From: Chiloscyllium plagiosum
Lineage: Eukaryota
Direction: 5' to 3'
Assembly: GCF_004010195.1 (NCBI RefSeq)
Contig: NC_057718.1
Coordinates: 71,660,433-71,724,432 of the forward strand
DNA length: 64,000 nt
Under the pieces are notes generated by a model. That model had not been told where the DNA came from. It saw nothing but the letters and a program-made list of their open reading frames with translations, and searched no databases. Below are positions 11,513 to 25,719 of this stretch, piece after piece. Both the position numbers and the translations under genes were made by a program. Each line of letters starts with the position of its first letter. Positions within the stretch are counted from its first letter, which is position 1.

Positions 11513-11853
11513 TGATCATAGAATCCCTTACAGTGTGGAAACAGGCCCTTTGGCCCAACAAATCTACATCAACCTTCCAAAGAGTCCCAGACGCATTCCA
11601 CTTACCCTCTATTTACCCCTGACTAATGCACCTAAACTAAGGTCCCTGAACATTTTGGGCAATTTAGCACAGCCAATTCATCTAACCTGCACACCTTTGG
11701 ACTGTGGGAGGAAACTGGAGCACCTGAGGAAACCCATGCAGACACAGGGAGAATGTGCAAACTCCACACACAGATTCGTCTGAGGCTGAAATCAAACCTG
11801 GGTCCCTGACTCTGTGAGGCGGCAGTGCTAACAACTGAGCCACCGTGCCACCC
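11513..11853 (-). mobile_element. HE1-type SINE (older)
   Basis: Diverged copy of the same consensus. Confidence 0.8.
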
Positions 11854-11909
11854 AGCAGTAAATAGGGACAGAGGAGGTTCACTGGGATGTTGCCTGGGTT
11901 GGAGAGACG

Positions 11910-13650
11910 AGATAGAGTCATAGAGATATACAGTGCAGAAACAGAACCTTTGGTCCAACTGGTCCATGCCGACCAGATATCCCAACCTAATGTAGTTCCA
12001 TGTGCCAGCACTTGGCCCATATCCCTCTAAGACCTTCCTATTCATAGACCTATCCAGATGCCTCTTAAATGCTGCAATTGTACCAGCCTCCAAACACTTC
12101 CTCTGGCAGCTCATTCCATACACGCACAATCCTCTGCATGAAAACGTTGCCCCTTAGGTCCCTTTTATATATTTTCCCTCTCACCGTTAACCTATGCTGT
12201 CTCGTTCTGGACTCCCTCAGCCCAGGGAAAAGACTTTCTCTATTTATCTTCATGTCCTTCATGATTTTATAAACCTCTATAAGGTCACCCCTCAGCCTCT
12301 GACACTTCAGGGAAAACAGCCCGGCCTATTCAGCCTCTCCCTACAAATCCTCCAAAATTGGTAACATCCTTGTTAATTTTTTCTGAACATTTGCAAGTTT
12401 CACAACATCCTTTTAATAGGAAGGAGACCAGAACTGGACATAATGTTCCAAAAGTAGCCTAACCAACATTCTGTACAGCTGCAACATGACCTCCCAACTC
12501 ATACACTGAATACTCTGACCAATAAAGCAAAGCATACCAAATGCTTTCTTCATAATCCTATCTACCTGCGATTCTTCTTTCAATTAATTATGAACCTGCA
12601 CTCCAAAGTCTCTTTGTTCAGCAACACTCCCCAGGTATGTATAAGTCCTGCTATGATTTGCTTTTCCAAAATGCAGCACCTCACATTTATGTAAATTAAA
12701 CTCCATTTGCCTCTCCTCAGCCCATTGGCCCATTTAATTAAGATCCCGTTGTACTCTGAGGTAACTTCCTTTGTTGTCCATTGCACCTCCAGTCTACAAA
12801 CTTACTAACCATACCTACTATGTTCACATCCAAATAATTTAGATAATTATATATAAATTTATATAAATGATGAAAAGTAGTAGACCCAGCACTGATCCTC
12901 GTGGCACTTCACTGGTAACAGGCCTCCAGTCTGAAAAGCAACCCTCCACCACTACCGTCTGTCTTCCACATTTGAGCCAATTCTATATCCAAATGGCCAG
13001 TATTCCATGAGACTTAACCTTACTAACCAGTCTCCCATGCGGAACATTGTCGAACATCTTATTCAAGTCCATATAGATCACGTCCACTGCGCTGCCCTCA
13101 TCAATCCTCTTTGTTACTTCTTCAAAAAACTCAATTACGTTTGTGAGACATGATTTCCCACTCACAAAGCATGCTGACTATCCCTAATCAGTCCTTGCCT
13201 TTCCAAATACATGTAAATCCTGTCCCCCAGGATTCCCTCCAACAACTTTCCCACACCGACGTCAGGCTCTCCAGTCTATATTCCTTGGCATTTCCTTCCC
13301 ACCTTTCTTCGTGGGCGGCACGGTGGCACAGTGGTTAGCACTGCTGCCTCACAGCGCCAGAGACCCGGGTTCAATTCCCGCCTCAGGCGACTGACTGTGT
13401 GGAGTTTGCACGTTCTCCCCGTGTCTGCGTGGGTTTCCTCCGGGTGCTCCGGTTTCCTCCCACATCACAGGGTCAGGTGAATTGGCCATACTAAATTGCC
13501 CGTAGTGTTAGGTAAGGGGTAAATGTAGGGGTATGGGTGGGTTTCGCTTCGGCGGGTCGGTGTGGACTTGTTGGGCCGAAGGGCCTGTTTCTACACTGTA
13601 ATCTAATCTAATCTTAAATAGATGTACCACGTTAGCCAACCTCCAGTAGG
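11910..13650 (-). mobile_element. CR1/HER1 LINE 3' portion, interrupted by HE1 SINE
   Basis: ORF-track fragments KSCLTNVIEFFEEVTKRIDEGSAVDVIYMD and RDLRGNVFMQRIVRVWNELP; tctatgactcta tail. Confidence 0.85.
13313..13613 (+). mobile_element. HE1-type SINE (young)
   Basis: Near-consensus, with (taatc)n tail. Confidence 0.9.
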
Positions 13651-13928
13651 CTTGGATTGTTTCCTTTAGAGCAGAGAAGGCTGAGGGGGGACACAACTAG
13701 GTATATAAAATTGAGGGGTATGGATAGAGTGAATTGGGAGCAGTGTTTCTCTTGGTTAAGGGGTCAGTCAAGAGGGGACATAGTTTGACAGTCAGGGCAG
13801 GAGATTCAGAGAGGACTTAAGAAAAAAAACAACATTTTTTCACACAGAAGTGATGAGAATCTGGAATGCGCTGCATGGGGAGGTATTGGGGGCCAGAAAT
13901 TGTACAACCTTTAAAAAATATTTGGGTG

Positions 13929-16900
13929 GGGGGGAATCCAAGATGGCGGCGGTCTCAGAGGACTGCGTTGTAGAGCTTTGCACCCCAGCACAAGCGGGAC
14001 GAATGTCTAACCCGCCCAAACCAGACCATTGTGATATCCTAGGACACTGGAAAGGTCGTGGAGTCCCAGGAAATTGTGAAAAATCAACTTACCTGTGTTT
14101 TTGGCCATCCAGAGTTGAAGAAGGGAGGAGGAGCGTCTGAGGCCGGGCCCACGGCCCAGACTGCAGGATCCTTGGACTTCATTACCTACCAGGCCCTGGT
14201 GAAGGAGCTTGTGAAATCTCACGAGATGTTGGATAAGCAGATAGAGGAGAAGCTAGCCGCGAGCTCTATCATGCTGCAGAAGTGTGAACAGCAGCTGAGA
14301 GACCTGGAAAAGAGGATGGATGAGGTTGAACACAGAGTCATGTGTTGGAAGCTGATACCATTTCCTCCAAGGATAGGATCCAAGTCCTGGAGACTCAGAT
14401 CTGTAATTTGTGTGACCAAGTGAATGATCTTGAGAACAGGGGCAGGAGAAAAAATATTTGGATTGTCGGTCTGCTGGAGTGTAAGGAAGATGAGTGGCGG
14501 ACGGAATTTATTGACGTCTAGTTTCCGAAGTTCCTTAACTTGGAGGCTGGAATGAGTGACTTGAAGATCAGGAGGACACACCAGATCACGGCGTGGAGAT
14601 CAGGTCTGGATCAACGTCTTTGTCCTCTCGGTGCGGTTTCATCATTATAGAGATAAGGAAAGAATTGTGAAAGCTTCCAGAATCCAGGGTAAGGATCCGA
14701 AGGCCCAGGACTTCTCAGTGGCGGGGGTTCAGAAAAGAAAATCCTATGACAGTGTCAAGAGAAGACTGTGGGAGCTTTGGATCCAGTACTGTCTGAGGTA
14801 TCCGGCAGTGCTTCGGTACACCTCAGATGGATCCGTATATCTCTTTGACACATCACAGAAGGCAAGAGACGTTGTGGACAAATTAACCTAATCTGAACAA
14901 TTTAGTTTGTACAGATAGTAGTGTTGTTTGGGTATGTCTTTGCTTTTTTTCTTTAAGAAAACAGAGGAAATCCAGGTGGGATTTTCTTTTCCTTTTTGAT
15001 ATTGGTAATAATCTGGTTTAAACTATGTTTGGGGCCGGTTGAGATTTGTACTTTCAATTTCTAAGTTAAGTTATACCAAAGGATGGGTGGGATATTGACC
15101 CCGTTTTTTTAAAAAAAATCTTTATTCAGGTTGCTATTCCATGGTGTATTTTCTTTCTTTTCTGCTTATGTTTGCGGTGTGGCTCTAGCTAGGAGGAGAG
15201 AAAATGGTTGGGATGGCTAGATGCCTACTTACGGGCAGTTTATACCCGGTTCAGGTATTTAAACGCCCGGGCTGCAGTCTTGGCAGTGGGATGGGAAATT
15301 GAATTTTGGGATGGGTAGTTGCCCCCATTTGGGCAGGGGGAGGGTTCCCCTATTTGGCGCCGTTGGCGCTTTATATGTTGGTTTGCTTTTTGGTTTTTGT
15401 TGTATTTAATCTTGGATAGCTTTGGAGGTTTGTTAACTATACTGATTTTAATTTGTGTAGCTTTTATGTTCGATGGATCTTGTGACACTAAGGGTTGGCA
15501 ATTTGTGATTTGAGTTCCTCCTCTCTGGAATTTAAATGTTACTGCAGAAGGTTATGGCTAATGACTTGATTAAGTGGTGTACCTGTAATATCAAGAGGAG
15601 AGACTCACCAATTAAGAGGAAAAAGGTCCTTTTGAGTCTTAGAAAAGAGAAGGTGGATATTACTTTGTTACAGGAGACACACTTGGATGAAAGGGAGCAT
15701 TTGAAACTACAGCAGATTGGCTTTGATCGGGTTTACTTTTCATCCTTTAATGCCAGAAGTAGGGGAGTAGCTATAATGGTTAGGAGGAATCTCACCTTTG
15801 AGTTACTAGAGTGTGTTAAAGACACATACGGGAGGTTTGTAATCCTCAAAGCCCTGATTAACAGGAAAGAATATGGTGGTTTAAATGTTTATTGCCTTCC
15901 GGCCCATCCCCTCAAATTTTAGGGGAGTAGCTATAATGGTTAGGAGGAATCTCACCTTTGAGTTACTAGAGTGTGTTAAAGACACATACGGGAAAGAATA
16001 TGGTGGTTTAAATGTTTATTGCCTTCCGGCCCATCCCCTCAAATTTTTGGTAGAGGTGTTCTCTAAACTGATCCCCGCCCCACCCCGATACCCTCTGTAC
16101 AAACTAAACAATTAGTGGATGTGTGTGGAGTTAGGGTTGGTGGAAGTCTGGAGGCGTCTCCACCTTACAGGCAGGGATTATACGTTTTGTTCCAATTCAC
16201 ACAGATGTCACACCAGAATTGATTTTTTTCTGTGCCAACCCTGGACTTGGTGGCATCTTGTTCAATTGGTAATATTACAAGCTTCGATCATGCCCCAGTG
16301 TACCTGTTGGTTAAGATTAAGGACGTTACAGTGGGGTCAAGTCACTGGCAAATGGATCCCTTTGTCCTCAAGGATAATATGTTTGTGGAATTTAGGGCAT
16401 TCCTAGATATTAACTCAGGCTCTGTTAGTAGCCCATCCATCCTTTGGGAAACTGCCAAAGCCTATGCCAGAGGGTTAGTTATTTCCTACTGTGGCAGTAG
16501 GAAGCGGCAGAAGGGTGAGCAGCAATGTCTCCTCGAAGCACGGTTGAAGGCAGCCGAGAAGGCTTACTTTGACAGGCCCTCATCAAAACTACAGAGGATT
16601 ATGGCGCTGCTGTCTGCATTGAATTCCGTGCTCATGCAGACAGCAAAGAAGGAGCTTACTTTTGCAAAGCAAAGGTTATATGAGCATAGTGACAGGCCAG
16701 GCAAATACTTAGCAAATCTCGCCAGGAAAAGGAGCACCCCTCAAGCCATTACGGTGATTAGAGAAGGGTCTAGGAACCTAACATGTGACTCCAAAAAGAT
16801 TAATGTGGTATTCCAGAGATTTTACTCTAAGTTATACCAATCTGAGGGTTGTGAGGAGGGGCGGGCCAAAATGGAGTATATTTTCAAGGATCTGGAGCTC

Positions 16901-19405
16901 CTGGGCGTTATCCCCGAACAAGAGTCTCTTCTCAATACCTCTTTATCAGAGCAAGAGGCTGTGAAGCAGCTTCAGAGTGGAAAGGTGCCTAGTCCTGACA
17001 GACTTCCCAGTGAATTCTGTAAGGACTTTATAAACATATTGTCAGGTCCGATGCTTAACATGTTTAATGATTCATACAGCCATGATTGTGTCCTGCCATA
17101 TCTGAGAGAGGCCAATATTTTGCTTATTCTTAAAAAAGGGACGGTCTCAGAGGATTGTGCTTCATACAGGCCCAGTTCACTCTTAAATGTGGACATTAAA
17201 ATCCTCTCTAAGACTGTTGCATTAAGGCTGGAGAATGTGTTACCTTCTATTGTTAAAGAGGACCAAACTGGCTTCATAAAGGGCCACAGATCCTCCAATA
17301 ATGCTGCTTTAATGTAATTCAAGCATGTCAACCACAGTCAATACAGGATTGGTGATTTCTCTAGATGCAGAGAAGGCATTTGATCGGGTTGGGTGGCCGT
17401 ACCTTTTCTATACTCTGGAGCAGTTTGGCTTGGGCAAAGCCTTTTGTAAGATGGGTAAAGGTTCTCTACAGTGACCGTCTTGGTGCGGTCATCACCAATG
17501 GGGTGCGATCAAGCAATTTTAACATTTTTAGGGGTAGCTGGCACGGCTGTCCCCTTTCGCCACTGCTTTTTACGTTGGCGATTGAACCATTGGCGGAGGC
17601 CATTCATAGGGATCCCAATATATCAGTTCTAGAAGTGGGGTCAAAATTATATAAGATTTCGTTCTACGTGGCCAATGTCCTTTCCTTTTTGTCAAATCCA
17701 GCAGTTTCGATGCCTTGCCTGATACAATGCATGAGTGCATTTGGCACCTTTTCAGGGTACAAGATTAATCTTGCAAAATCAGGGGGTGGTATTATGAAGG
17801 TGCTAGGTCTTGAGGGCAAATATCGATTCACATTTAAGTGATCACAGAGGGGTTTTGTGTTTTTGGGCATATTCATTACTGCAGTTCTGGATCGGCAGTT
17901 CAAAGCTAATTTTGTTCAAGTATTTGACAAAATCAAACAAGCCCTTCAAAGATGTGAGGCGCTTCTGGTCTTATGGTTGGGTCGGATAGCGCTTATTAAG
18001 ATGAATATTCTCCCCCGTTTGCTCTACCCTGTAATGATGCTCCCCCTGATTTTCAATAAGCAAACATTCAAGAGATGGAACGGTTGGTTCACCTCTTTTA
18101 TTTGGCATTGTAAGTGGCCCCTCATTAAGTTAGCTAAACTGCAATTGCCTTACAGATTGGGGGGAGTGGATCTCCTGGATATTAAAACCTACTAACTAAG
18201 CTCACTTTTATCCTATGTGAGTAATTGGGCTTGTGGTACCCTCTTTCAATATGGTTAGATATCAAAACCTCCCAGGTAAGGTGCCCCCTTACTAGCTTGG
18301 TGGTTTTGGACAAAATGAGGACAGTTAGGGAATATTGGCATGACCCAATAATTATCAATACTGTTAAAGCATGGAGGGCAGTTCGGCAGAGGGAAGGCAA
18401 TATTGGGCAAAACATCTTCTCTTACACTTTTAGTGGGAATGCCAGGTTTTCAACTAGGGATGATACATTCAGGATTCAAATACTGAGCAACTAGTGAAGT
18501 GTCTTGCATGGAGTATTTATTTGAGGGAGACACAACAATGTCCGTTGATCAGTTAGCACGGAAACACGAGCTATCTTACAGGGATCTCTTTCGTTTTTTT
18601 CAAGTTAGGACCCATGCTTTACAGTTGAAGATTCTCCACAGGGTTTACTTGGCCCAGGACCGTTTGTCAAAATTTAAACTTGGGTATCTTCAACATGTCC
18701 CAAGTGCAAGTTTGGTACGGGCACTCCTACCCATTGTCTCTGGTCCTGTGGTAGGCTTCAAACATACTGGAGTGCTCTGACGGGTGCGATGGAGATGATT
18801 TTGGGTGTAAGGGTGGAGAAGGACCCAATCTCTCTTCTTCTTGGCCTGCCCAGTACATTCCTGCAGATGTGCATAAGAAAAAACTTTTCAACATCCTCAC
18901 TTTCTGCACAAGAAAGAATATCTTGTTAGGTTGGGCATCCGAAAACTCACTGGGCCTATTGGCTTGGGGGAAGATTGTTGTGGAGCATATCCCCTTGGGA
19001 TTTTCTCACAAGTATGGTACAACACAAAAGTGAGAATGTTTCTAAGTCATGGCAGCCCTTTTTGGAATACCTGGACACAGATTTATCTGCCACACTAATA
19101 AGGGCTTTTATATAACCGTAGTGATTGTGCTTTACGAGTCCAATATCCAGGGAGGAGGAACTGCAAACGTATGAGTGTCTTGTTTGGCTGAGTTGAGTTA
19201 TTACTATTTATTAGTTTGTTGTTGATTATTATTTATTTAGTTGGGTTTTTAAAAATATATTTTTCTATATATATATTTATACACTTGTACATGAGGATGG
19301 GTTGGTTTCTTTTAACATTTTTGTGTTCTTTCCTTTTATTGTTTTGAATTGTTTTATATTTGTTGTCATATTAAAAAAAATCTATTTTTCAGTAAAAATA
19401 TATTT
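13929..19405 (+). mobile_element. Near-full-length L1 (LINE-1), decayed: ORF1 about 14060-14891, ORF2 15554-19115
   Basis: 5' end ggggggaatccaagatggcgg. ORF1 has coiled-coil-like sequence and RFHHYRDKE..LRYPA. ORF2 has an APE domain (LQETHL, RIDFF, SFDHAPV), an RT domain (YRP.SLLNVD.KILSK, GCPLSPLLF) and a CCHC region. Imperfect 16-bp TSD aaaaaa..tttgggtg (13913-13928 / 19406-19421) inside a CR1 tail. Confidence 0.9.
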
Positions 19406-19599
19406 AAAAAAACTTTGGGTGAGCACTTGAAGTATAACATTCAAGGATATGGGTGAAGTGTAGGAAATTGTGTTAAGCATGTCTTTAGTGATTGGTATTC
19501 ATGGAAGGGCCTTTTCGGCACTGTACTTTGATACTAGATGTGGGCTTCAAGAAATCTTGAGAGACAATAAGCATCATTTTGTAATCTAGTTACCATGGC

Positions 19600-21585
19600 A
19601 GACAGTCAATGGACAGGGAGACCATGCTTGACAAACCTACTGGAATTCTTCAAGGGTGTAACTGGTACCGTTGAGTAGGGGGGCCAGTGGATGTGGTTAA
19701 TTTGGACTTTCAGAAGGCTTTTGCCAAAATCCCAAGTAAACGATCAATGTGTAAAATGAAAGTGTGTTGGATTGCGGGTAGTTTAATTAAGATGAACAGA
19801 AATTGGTTCACAGTCAAGAAATGGGGAGTAGGAGTAAATGGGCCTTTTTCTGAATGGCAGGCAGTGATGAGTGGATGCTGTAGATAAGTTATGACAGTTA
19901 CCTTTAATTCAGCTACTTATTAAGAAATCTCACAAACTATCAAATAATGAAGCAATTAATTGAAATTTATTGCATGTGGTTACCAAAATAAGACCCCTCA
20001 AATATGCAAGTTAAGCCTCACAACCCAACTGAGATTTTACCCAATTAATGGTGGAATTTAACTATGATTCAACCAACATTTGTTCTGGATAGATCGTTGT
20101 GCAGTGTGGTTCTCTGAAGTTCTGCTGTTGAAGTTGAATTCTTAAATAATTTTCTGTCTTGTAAAGTTTGTGATGTGACATTATTGATGATTCTTTAGAT
20201 CTATTCATCCACAACCTTGATTACATATCTGGAGTTATCAGACCTGGAGCTTGCCTTCTTAGCAGGGGTAGTTTCTCTATTTCTTGTTACATTTGGTGTT
20301 AGCTGTCTGTTAATTCCTTAAATTCTTCCTTGTGACATTAGGCCACCAGTTGTCAAACAGTTGTTAAAACTGCTTGTTTATGTAGCTTTGACTTCTTTTC
20401 CGTGGCATGGTTAATTGGCATTTTGCTTTTAATTCCTTGTTCCATTATCCTAGGAAACAGTTTATTCTAGAAAGTGTTGGTACTAATTCTTTCAATCCAT
20501 GAACAGTTATTGAAGTTGTGAAGTTTACTTTATCACATGGGGCATTGCAGGGGTTGGTACTAGGACTCCAGCTCTTCACAATATTTGTTAATAATTTAGA
20601 TGAGGGATTTGCAGCTGACATAAAGCTGGGTGGAAAGATGAGCTGTAGGAGGATGCCGAGATGACAGTGTGATTTAGACTGGCTCGGTGAGTGGATAAAT
20701 GCATGGTAACTGCTTTTTAACATGGGTAAGCGTATGGTTATCAATTTTGGTAAAACAGGAAAGCAGATTATTATTTGAATGGCTGTAAATTTGAGATGTA
20801 AATGTTCAATGATACCTGGGTGTCATTTTGTAGCTGTATCTGAAAGCAAGTGCACAGGAGCAGCAGACAGTAAAGAAGACAAGCTATATGTTGGCCTTCA
20901 TAGGAAGAGGCTTTGAGTCCAAGAACAAGGATGTCTTGCTACAATTATACAGGCTATTGGTGAGGTCACACCTGGAATATTGTGTGCAGTTTTGGTCTTC
21001 TTAAGTGAGTTTAGAAAGCATACATGAAAGGTAACAAAGAGAAATTAGGTTTGAAATTTTGGTGGTTCTGTCTGCAAATTTCCAGTTCTTTTTAGATATG
21101 TAGAAACCCTATGTATCCAAGAAACCCTATGTAGCCAACACATATCAAAAGGAGCAGTAGTCGTTATGACAATGCATGGTGAAACCATTTCTTCAGGCAG
21201 AGAGTGATGAGCCTATGGAATTCCCTGCCACAGAAAGTGATTGAGGCCTAAACATTGAATGTTTTCAAAAAGGAGATAGGTTGAAAGGATCAAAGGATAG
21301 AACATAGAACATTACAGCGCAGTACAGGCCCTTCGGCCCTCGATGTTGCGCTGCCCTGTCATACTAGTCTGAAGCCCATCCCATCTACACTATTCCATGT
21401 TACGTCCATTTGCCTGTCCAATGACGACTTAAATGCACTTAAAATAGAACAACTTAAAATAGATATAGGACAAAAGCAAGAACAGGCTATGGAGTTGGAT
21501 TGAATGATTACCCATAGTCATATTGAATGGCTTAGCAGACTCAAAGGGCTGAGTAGCCTACTTCTGTGCCTGTTTTCTATGATTT
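19600..21585 (+). mobile_element. Patchwork of decayed CR1 RT/3' fragments (with a minus-strand CR1 tail at about 21298-21443)
   Basis: Motifs DVVNLDFQKAF, FAADIKLG and [10 protein letters not shown]. Confidence 0.7.
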
Positions 21586-22231
21586 TATAAACCTAAATGC
21601 AGACCCAAATAAATACTGCCCTCCAGTATTAACAACGATTCTCTGCTTTCGGTTCTCTTGGCATAGATTTATGCTTGCACTGTTCATTTAGACGTTAATT
21701 TTATTGACAAGGCGATTATGTGACAAATTCATATGACATTGTAAGCTTTTTAAAATATTCGTAAACTAACTGTGTTGGAAAGATCGGTGATATAATTACT
21801 ACTTCAGACATGTAACCCTCAATGTTTTTGAGTTCTAATCCATTTGTAATTGTAGTCTACCACTTTGAAGAACATTTTACCTCTTGTTTGTAAAGGTACA
21901 TCCAAGCATATTCCCATGGTCTTCGTGGAAAAGAAGAAGATATCAATAGTCCTCTTGCAGTTTTCCTTTCAACTTTTTTTTTCTGCTCTGAGGACCTGTC
22001 TGGTGGCAGTTTCTGTAAGTGGAAGCCAATGCATTGCTCACAATGGTTGTGTGGAGAACCTCCCAGCAGCTGCATAATTTAGAGGGAACATTGTTTTCTT
22101 GTTCCCTCCTGATGAATAACACAACTTATACAGCTTGACATCATTTCTTCCAGTTTTGGGACCCTTGGAAGGACCAATCCCTCTGATCATAGTACTGTCT
22201 AAGAATGTTTGACACAAAACTGCCTGATTTA

Positions 22232-22540
22232 AGATTACAGATTACATTACAGTGTGGAAACAGGCCCTTCGGCCAAACAAGTCCACACCGACCCGCCGAA
22301 CCGCAACCTACCCATACCCCTACATTTACCCCTTACCTAACACTACGGGCAATTTAGCATGGCCAATTCACCTGACCTGCACATCTTTGGACAGTGGGAG
22401 GAAACCGGAGCACCCAGAGGAAACCCACGCAGACACGGGGAGAACGTGCAAACTCCACACAGTCAGTCGCGTGGGGCGGGAATTGAACCTGGGTCTCTGG
22501 CGCTGTGAGGCAGCAGTGCTAACCACTTGCCACCGTGCCA
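22232..22540 (-). mobile_element. HE1-type SINE
   Basis: Near-consensus reverse complement. Confidence 0.9.
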
Positions 22541-22904
22541 TTCTTCATCAGATTTTTGTGTATCCCTTGAGTTCATTTAGTTTCTGGTAGAGTTGTGGTT
22601 TGCTTTGATGTAAAGATTTACACCTCTTCAACAAAGACTACATCTGCTTGACCAGGCTTTGACAACAAAGATATAGGCTGCTGTGCTGTAGTCAGCCTCT
22701 TTCCTGAAACATATTAATTGGTGGAGGCATTTATGCCAACTTGGATTTGTGGTCTGTATGTAACTTGAGGTGAAGACTAAGAATGTAATCTATAAAACTT
22801 TACACAAATCCATGTAGCACCTAATATCCCCTTCTCTATCACTGGATATCTCTGATCAATCTGCAAGTAAAGGAATTGGTTGTAAACAGGTCTGTGCTTT
22901 CTAT

Positions 22905-23995
22905 CCCAGTCAGGCAGCATCCAAGGAGCAGGAGAATTGACATTTCGGGCATAAACACCCTTCAGGAATGAGTCTTGTGGCCCAAAGGGTTGAGAGTGAT
23001 AAGTGGGAGGGGGGCTGAGGCTAGCGGAAGTTGGCTGGGAATACACCAGGTAGATGAAGGTGGGATGAAAGTGATAGGTCAGAGAGGAGGGTGGAGCAGA
23101 TAGGTGGGAAAGAAGATGGTCAGGTAGGACAGGCCAAGGGGGTGGTGTCAAGTTGAAAGGTTGGGACTGGGATAAGGTGGGGAGAGGGGAAGTGAGGAAA
23201 CTGGTGAAATCCATCCTGATCCCTTGTGGTTGGTGGGTCCCACGGCGGAAGATGAGGCATTCTTCCTCCAGAACTTGTAGGAAGTTAAAGTGTTCAACCA
23301 CAGGGCGGTGGGGTTGGTTAGTGTGGGTGTCCCAGAGATATTCTCTGAAACGATCTGCAAGTGGGCATCTTGTTTTCCCAATGTAGAGACCACCACATCA
23401 GGTGCAACGGATACAGTAGATGACATGTGTAGAAGTACAAATGAATTGGTGAGGGGCCAACCCACCCTCCACTGCCACTGCAAGAAGTGTCTATCCCTGG
23501 CAGCGTCTATCCTGCCACTGCAAGAAGTATAAAACCTGCACCCATACCTCCCCCTCACCTCCATCCAAGACCCCAAATGATCCTTCCACATCCGACAGCA
23601 ACATCTCTGGAACACTCACAAAAACCAACCCCACCGCTCTGTGGCTGAGCACTTTAACATCTCCTCCCACTCCGCCAATGACGTGTAGGGCCTCCTCCAT
23701 TCCCAAACCCTTACCACCCAACGTCTGGAAGAAGAATACCTCATCCTCTGCCTTGGGATCCTCCAACAACATGGGATCAATGTGGATTTCACCAGTTTCC
23801 TCATGTCCCCCACCCCACCACCTTATCCTAGTCCCTACCTTCCANNNNNNNNNNNATTCAGCCTCATTTCTGAGGAAGGGCTTATGCCTGAAACATCGAT
23901 TCTCCTGCTCCTTGGATGCTGCCTGACCTGTGCTTTTCCAGCACCACATTCTTCGACTCTGATCTCCAGCATCTGCAGTCTTCACTTTCTCCCTG
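22905..23995. mobile_element. Penelope-like 3' fragments in inverted (-/+) arrangement, each with a pLTR/hammerhead remnant
   Basis: Minus: EEECLIFR.GTHQPQG and pLTR at 22905-22970. Plus: EEEYLILCLG..Q and ctgaggaagggcttatgcctgaaacatc at 23870-23897. Confidence 0.8.
23845..23855. other. Assembly gap (11 N)
   Basis: N run within a Penelope fragment. Confidence 1.
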
Positions 23996-24357
23996 TGTTT
24001 TCTGTCTGCCTGTATGGAAAAACCAGCACCCAATCCTGTAAAAGATGCATCTGTAGCAATGATAATGTGCAACTCTGGGTATTAGCTAAAGTATCAGGTG
24101 ATATCAGCTGATTTCCAGCTCATTGTGTGCCATTCCCACAACAACTTTCCAACCAAAAAAAAATCCACTGAACAATTGGCATCCTTTGCATCATTGGTTT
24201 TGCTTGTGTGATCCAAATATTTTGAGTTTTTTATCCCTGCTGTATTTTAAACGCTCACCGCAGTCACCACCATGTTTTTAAAACCATAAATGTATTAGCA
24301 AAGTGGGGATCTAGCTCAACTGTGATCCCTCACTTAATTGAATAGCCTGATACAACC

Positions 24358-25333
24358 CTTTTTTTAAAGATATTTTCATTAGAAATTTAACATTTTTACA
24401 AGTTTACAAAAATAAACAAAACTCTCAAGTACAAACATTGATATACAATTAAATCTTAAATATATAATAACCAAAATTTAACAAAAGAAAAATACCGAGA
24501 AAGAAAAAAACAAAACTCAACTAACTACTAACCGAGGTAAAAACAATGACGGCAGATGCTGGAGACCAGATTCTGGATTAGTGGTGCTGGAAGAGCACAG
24601 CAGTTCAGGCAGCATCCAAGGAGCTTCGAAATCGACGTTTCGGGCAAAAGCCCTTCATCAGGAATAAAGGCAGTGAGCCTGAAGCGTGGAGAGATAAGCT
24701 AGAGGAGGGTGCCTACAACTAATCAGAGTGTATATTTACGTCTCTTACATTATTCAAATAAGAGAAAGAGAAAAAAAACAAAAAAAAACAATGGATAACA
24801 TAGAGATTGGGTAGTGAGATACATGCTCGGAATGTGTTAACATCAAATGTAACAAAACCCGTATTCGTGTGGGATTCCTCTCCCAAGGGGCCCCGGACCA
24901 GCCAGGTTCGTAATCTCAATTAAATAAAAGCCCTTGTTAGGATAGCCGAAATATCTGTATTCATATAATTCAAGAAGGGCTGCCATATTTTATAAAATAA
25001 TTCGGTCTTTCGGTGCACCATATTTGTAAGGAAGTCAAGGGGAATACATTCCATAATTAATCTGTGCCAATTTGAAAGTCCAGGGGGACCCTCAGCCACC
25101 CAGTTTACCAAAATATTCTTCCTTGCAGAAAGAGAGAATAGAAAATAGTCTCTTCCCGTGCATATCCAGGGAGGGAAAGTTCGAAAAGGCCAAAAGGAGA
25201 GATACAGGGTCCACTTTAATTTCCATTCCTAAAATTTCTGTCAGGGTACTTGCTACTTTAGTCCAGTATCTACGGATCTTATGACAGGTCCATAGGCAAT
25301 GTACAAGAGTGCCCACCTCTGTTTTACATTTGG
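24358..25333 (-). mobile_element. 5'-truncated L1 3' end, carrying a Penelope pLTR insertion at about 24534-24711
   Basis: GTLVHCLWTC..I..YW and LSNWHRLIMECIPLDFLTN; poly-T start; flanking repeat aacccttttttt. The inserted pLTR has an intact minus-strand hammerhead at 24630-24665. Confidence 0.85.
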
Positions 25334-25452
25334 AACCCTTTTTTTTAAAGAGGCTTGTAGTTGCAAACCAAGCGCTTGAATAACCAGTGTCTTTTGATTA
25401 AACATACTTTTTAAAAATTCTCTTTGTAGTAATTATATGCTTTATGAAATGA

Positions 25453-25674
<222 letters not shown>

Positions 25675-25719
25675 TGAACACAGTTCAGCTGTCATACTAA
25701 CTGGTTGTTTGCTGGTTAA

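Noticed and set aside
13313..13390. tRNA gene (also the heads of the other HE1 copies)
   Set aside because: The A/B boxes belong to a tRNA-derived SINE head that continues into the V-domain and LINE-like tail.
16232..17317. 361-aa ORF as a functional gene
   Set aside because: Fragment of a frameshifted L1 ORF2; the downstream RT catalytic motif is degraded (YVAN in place of YADD).
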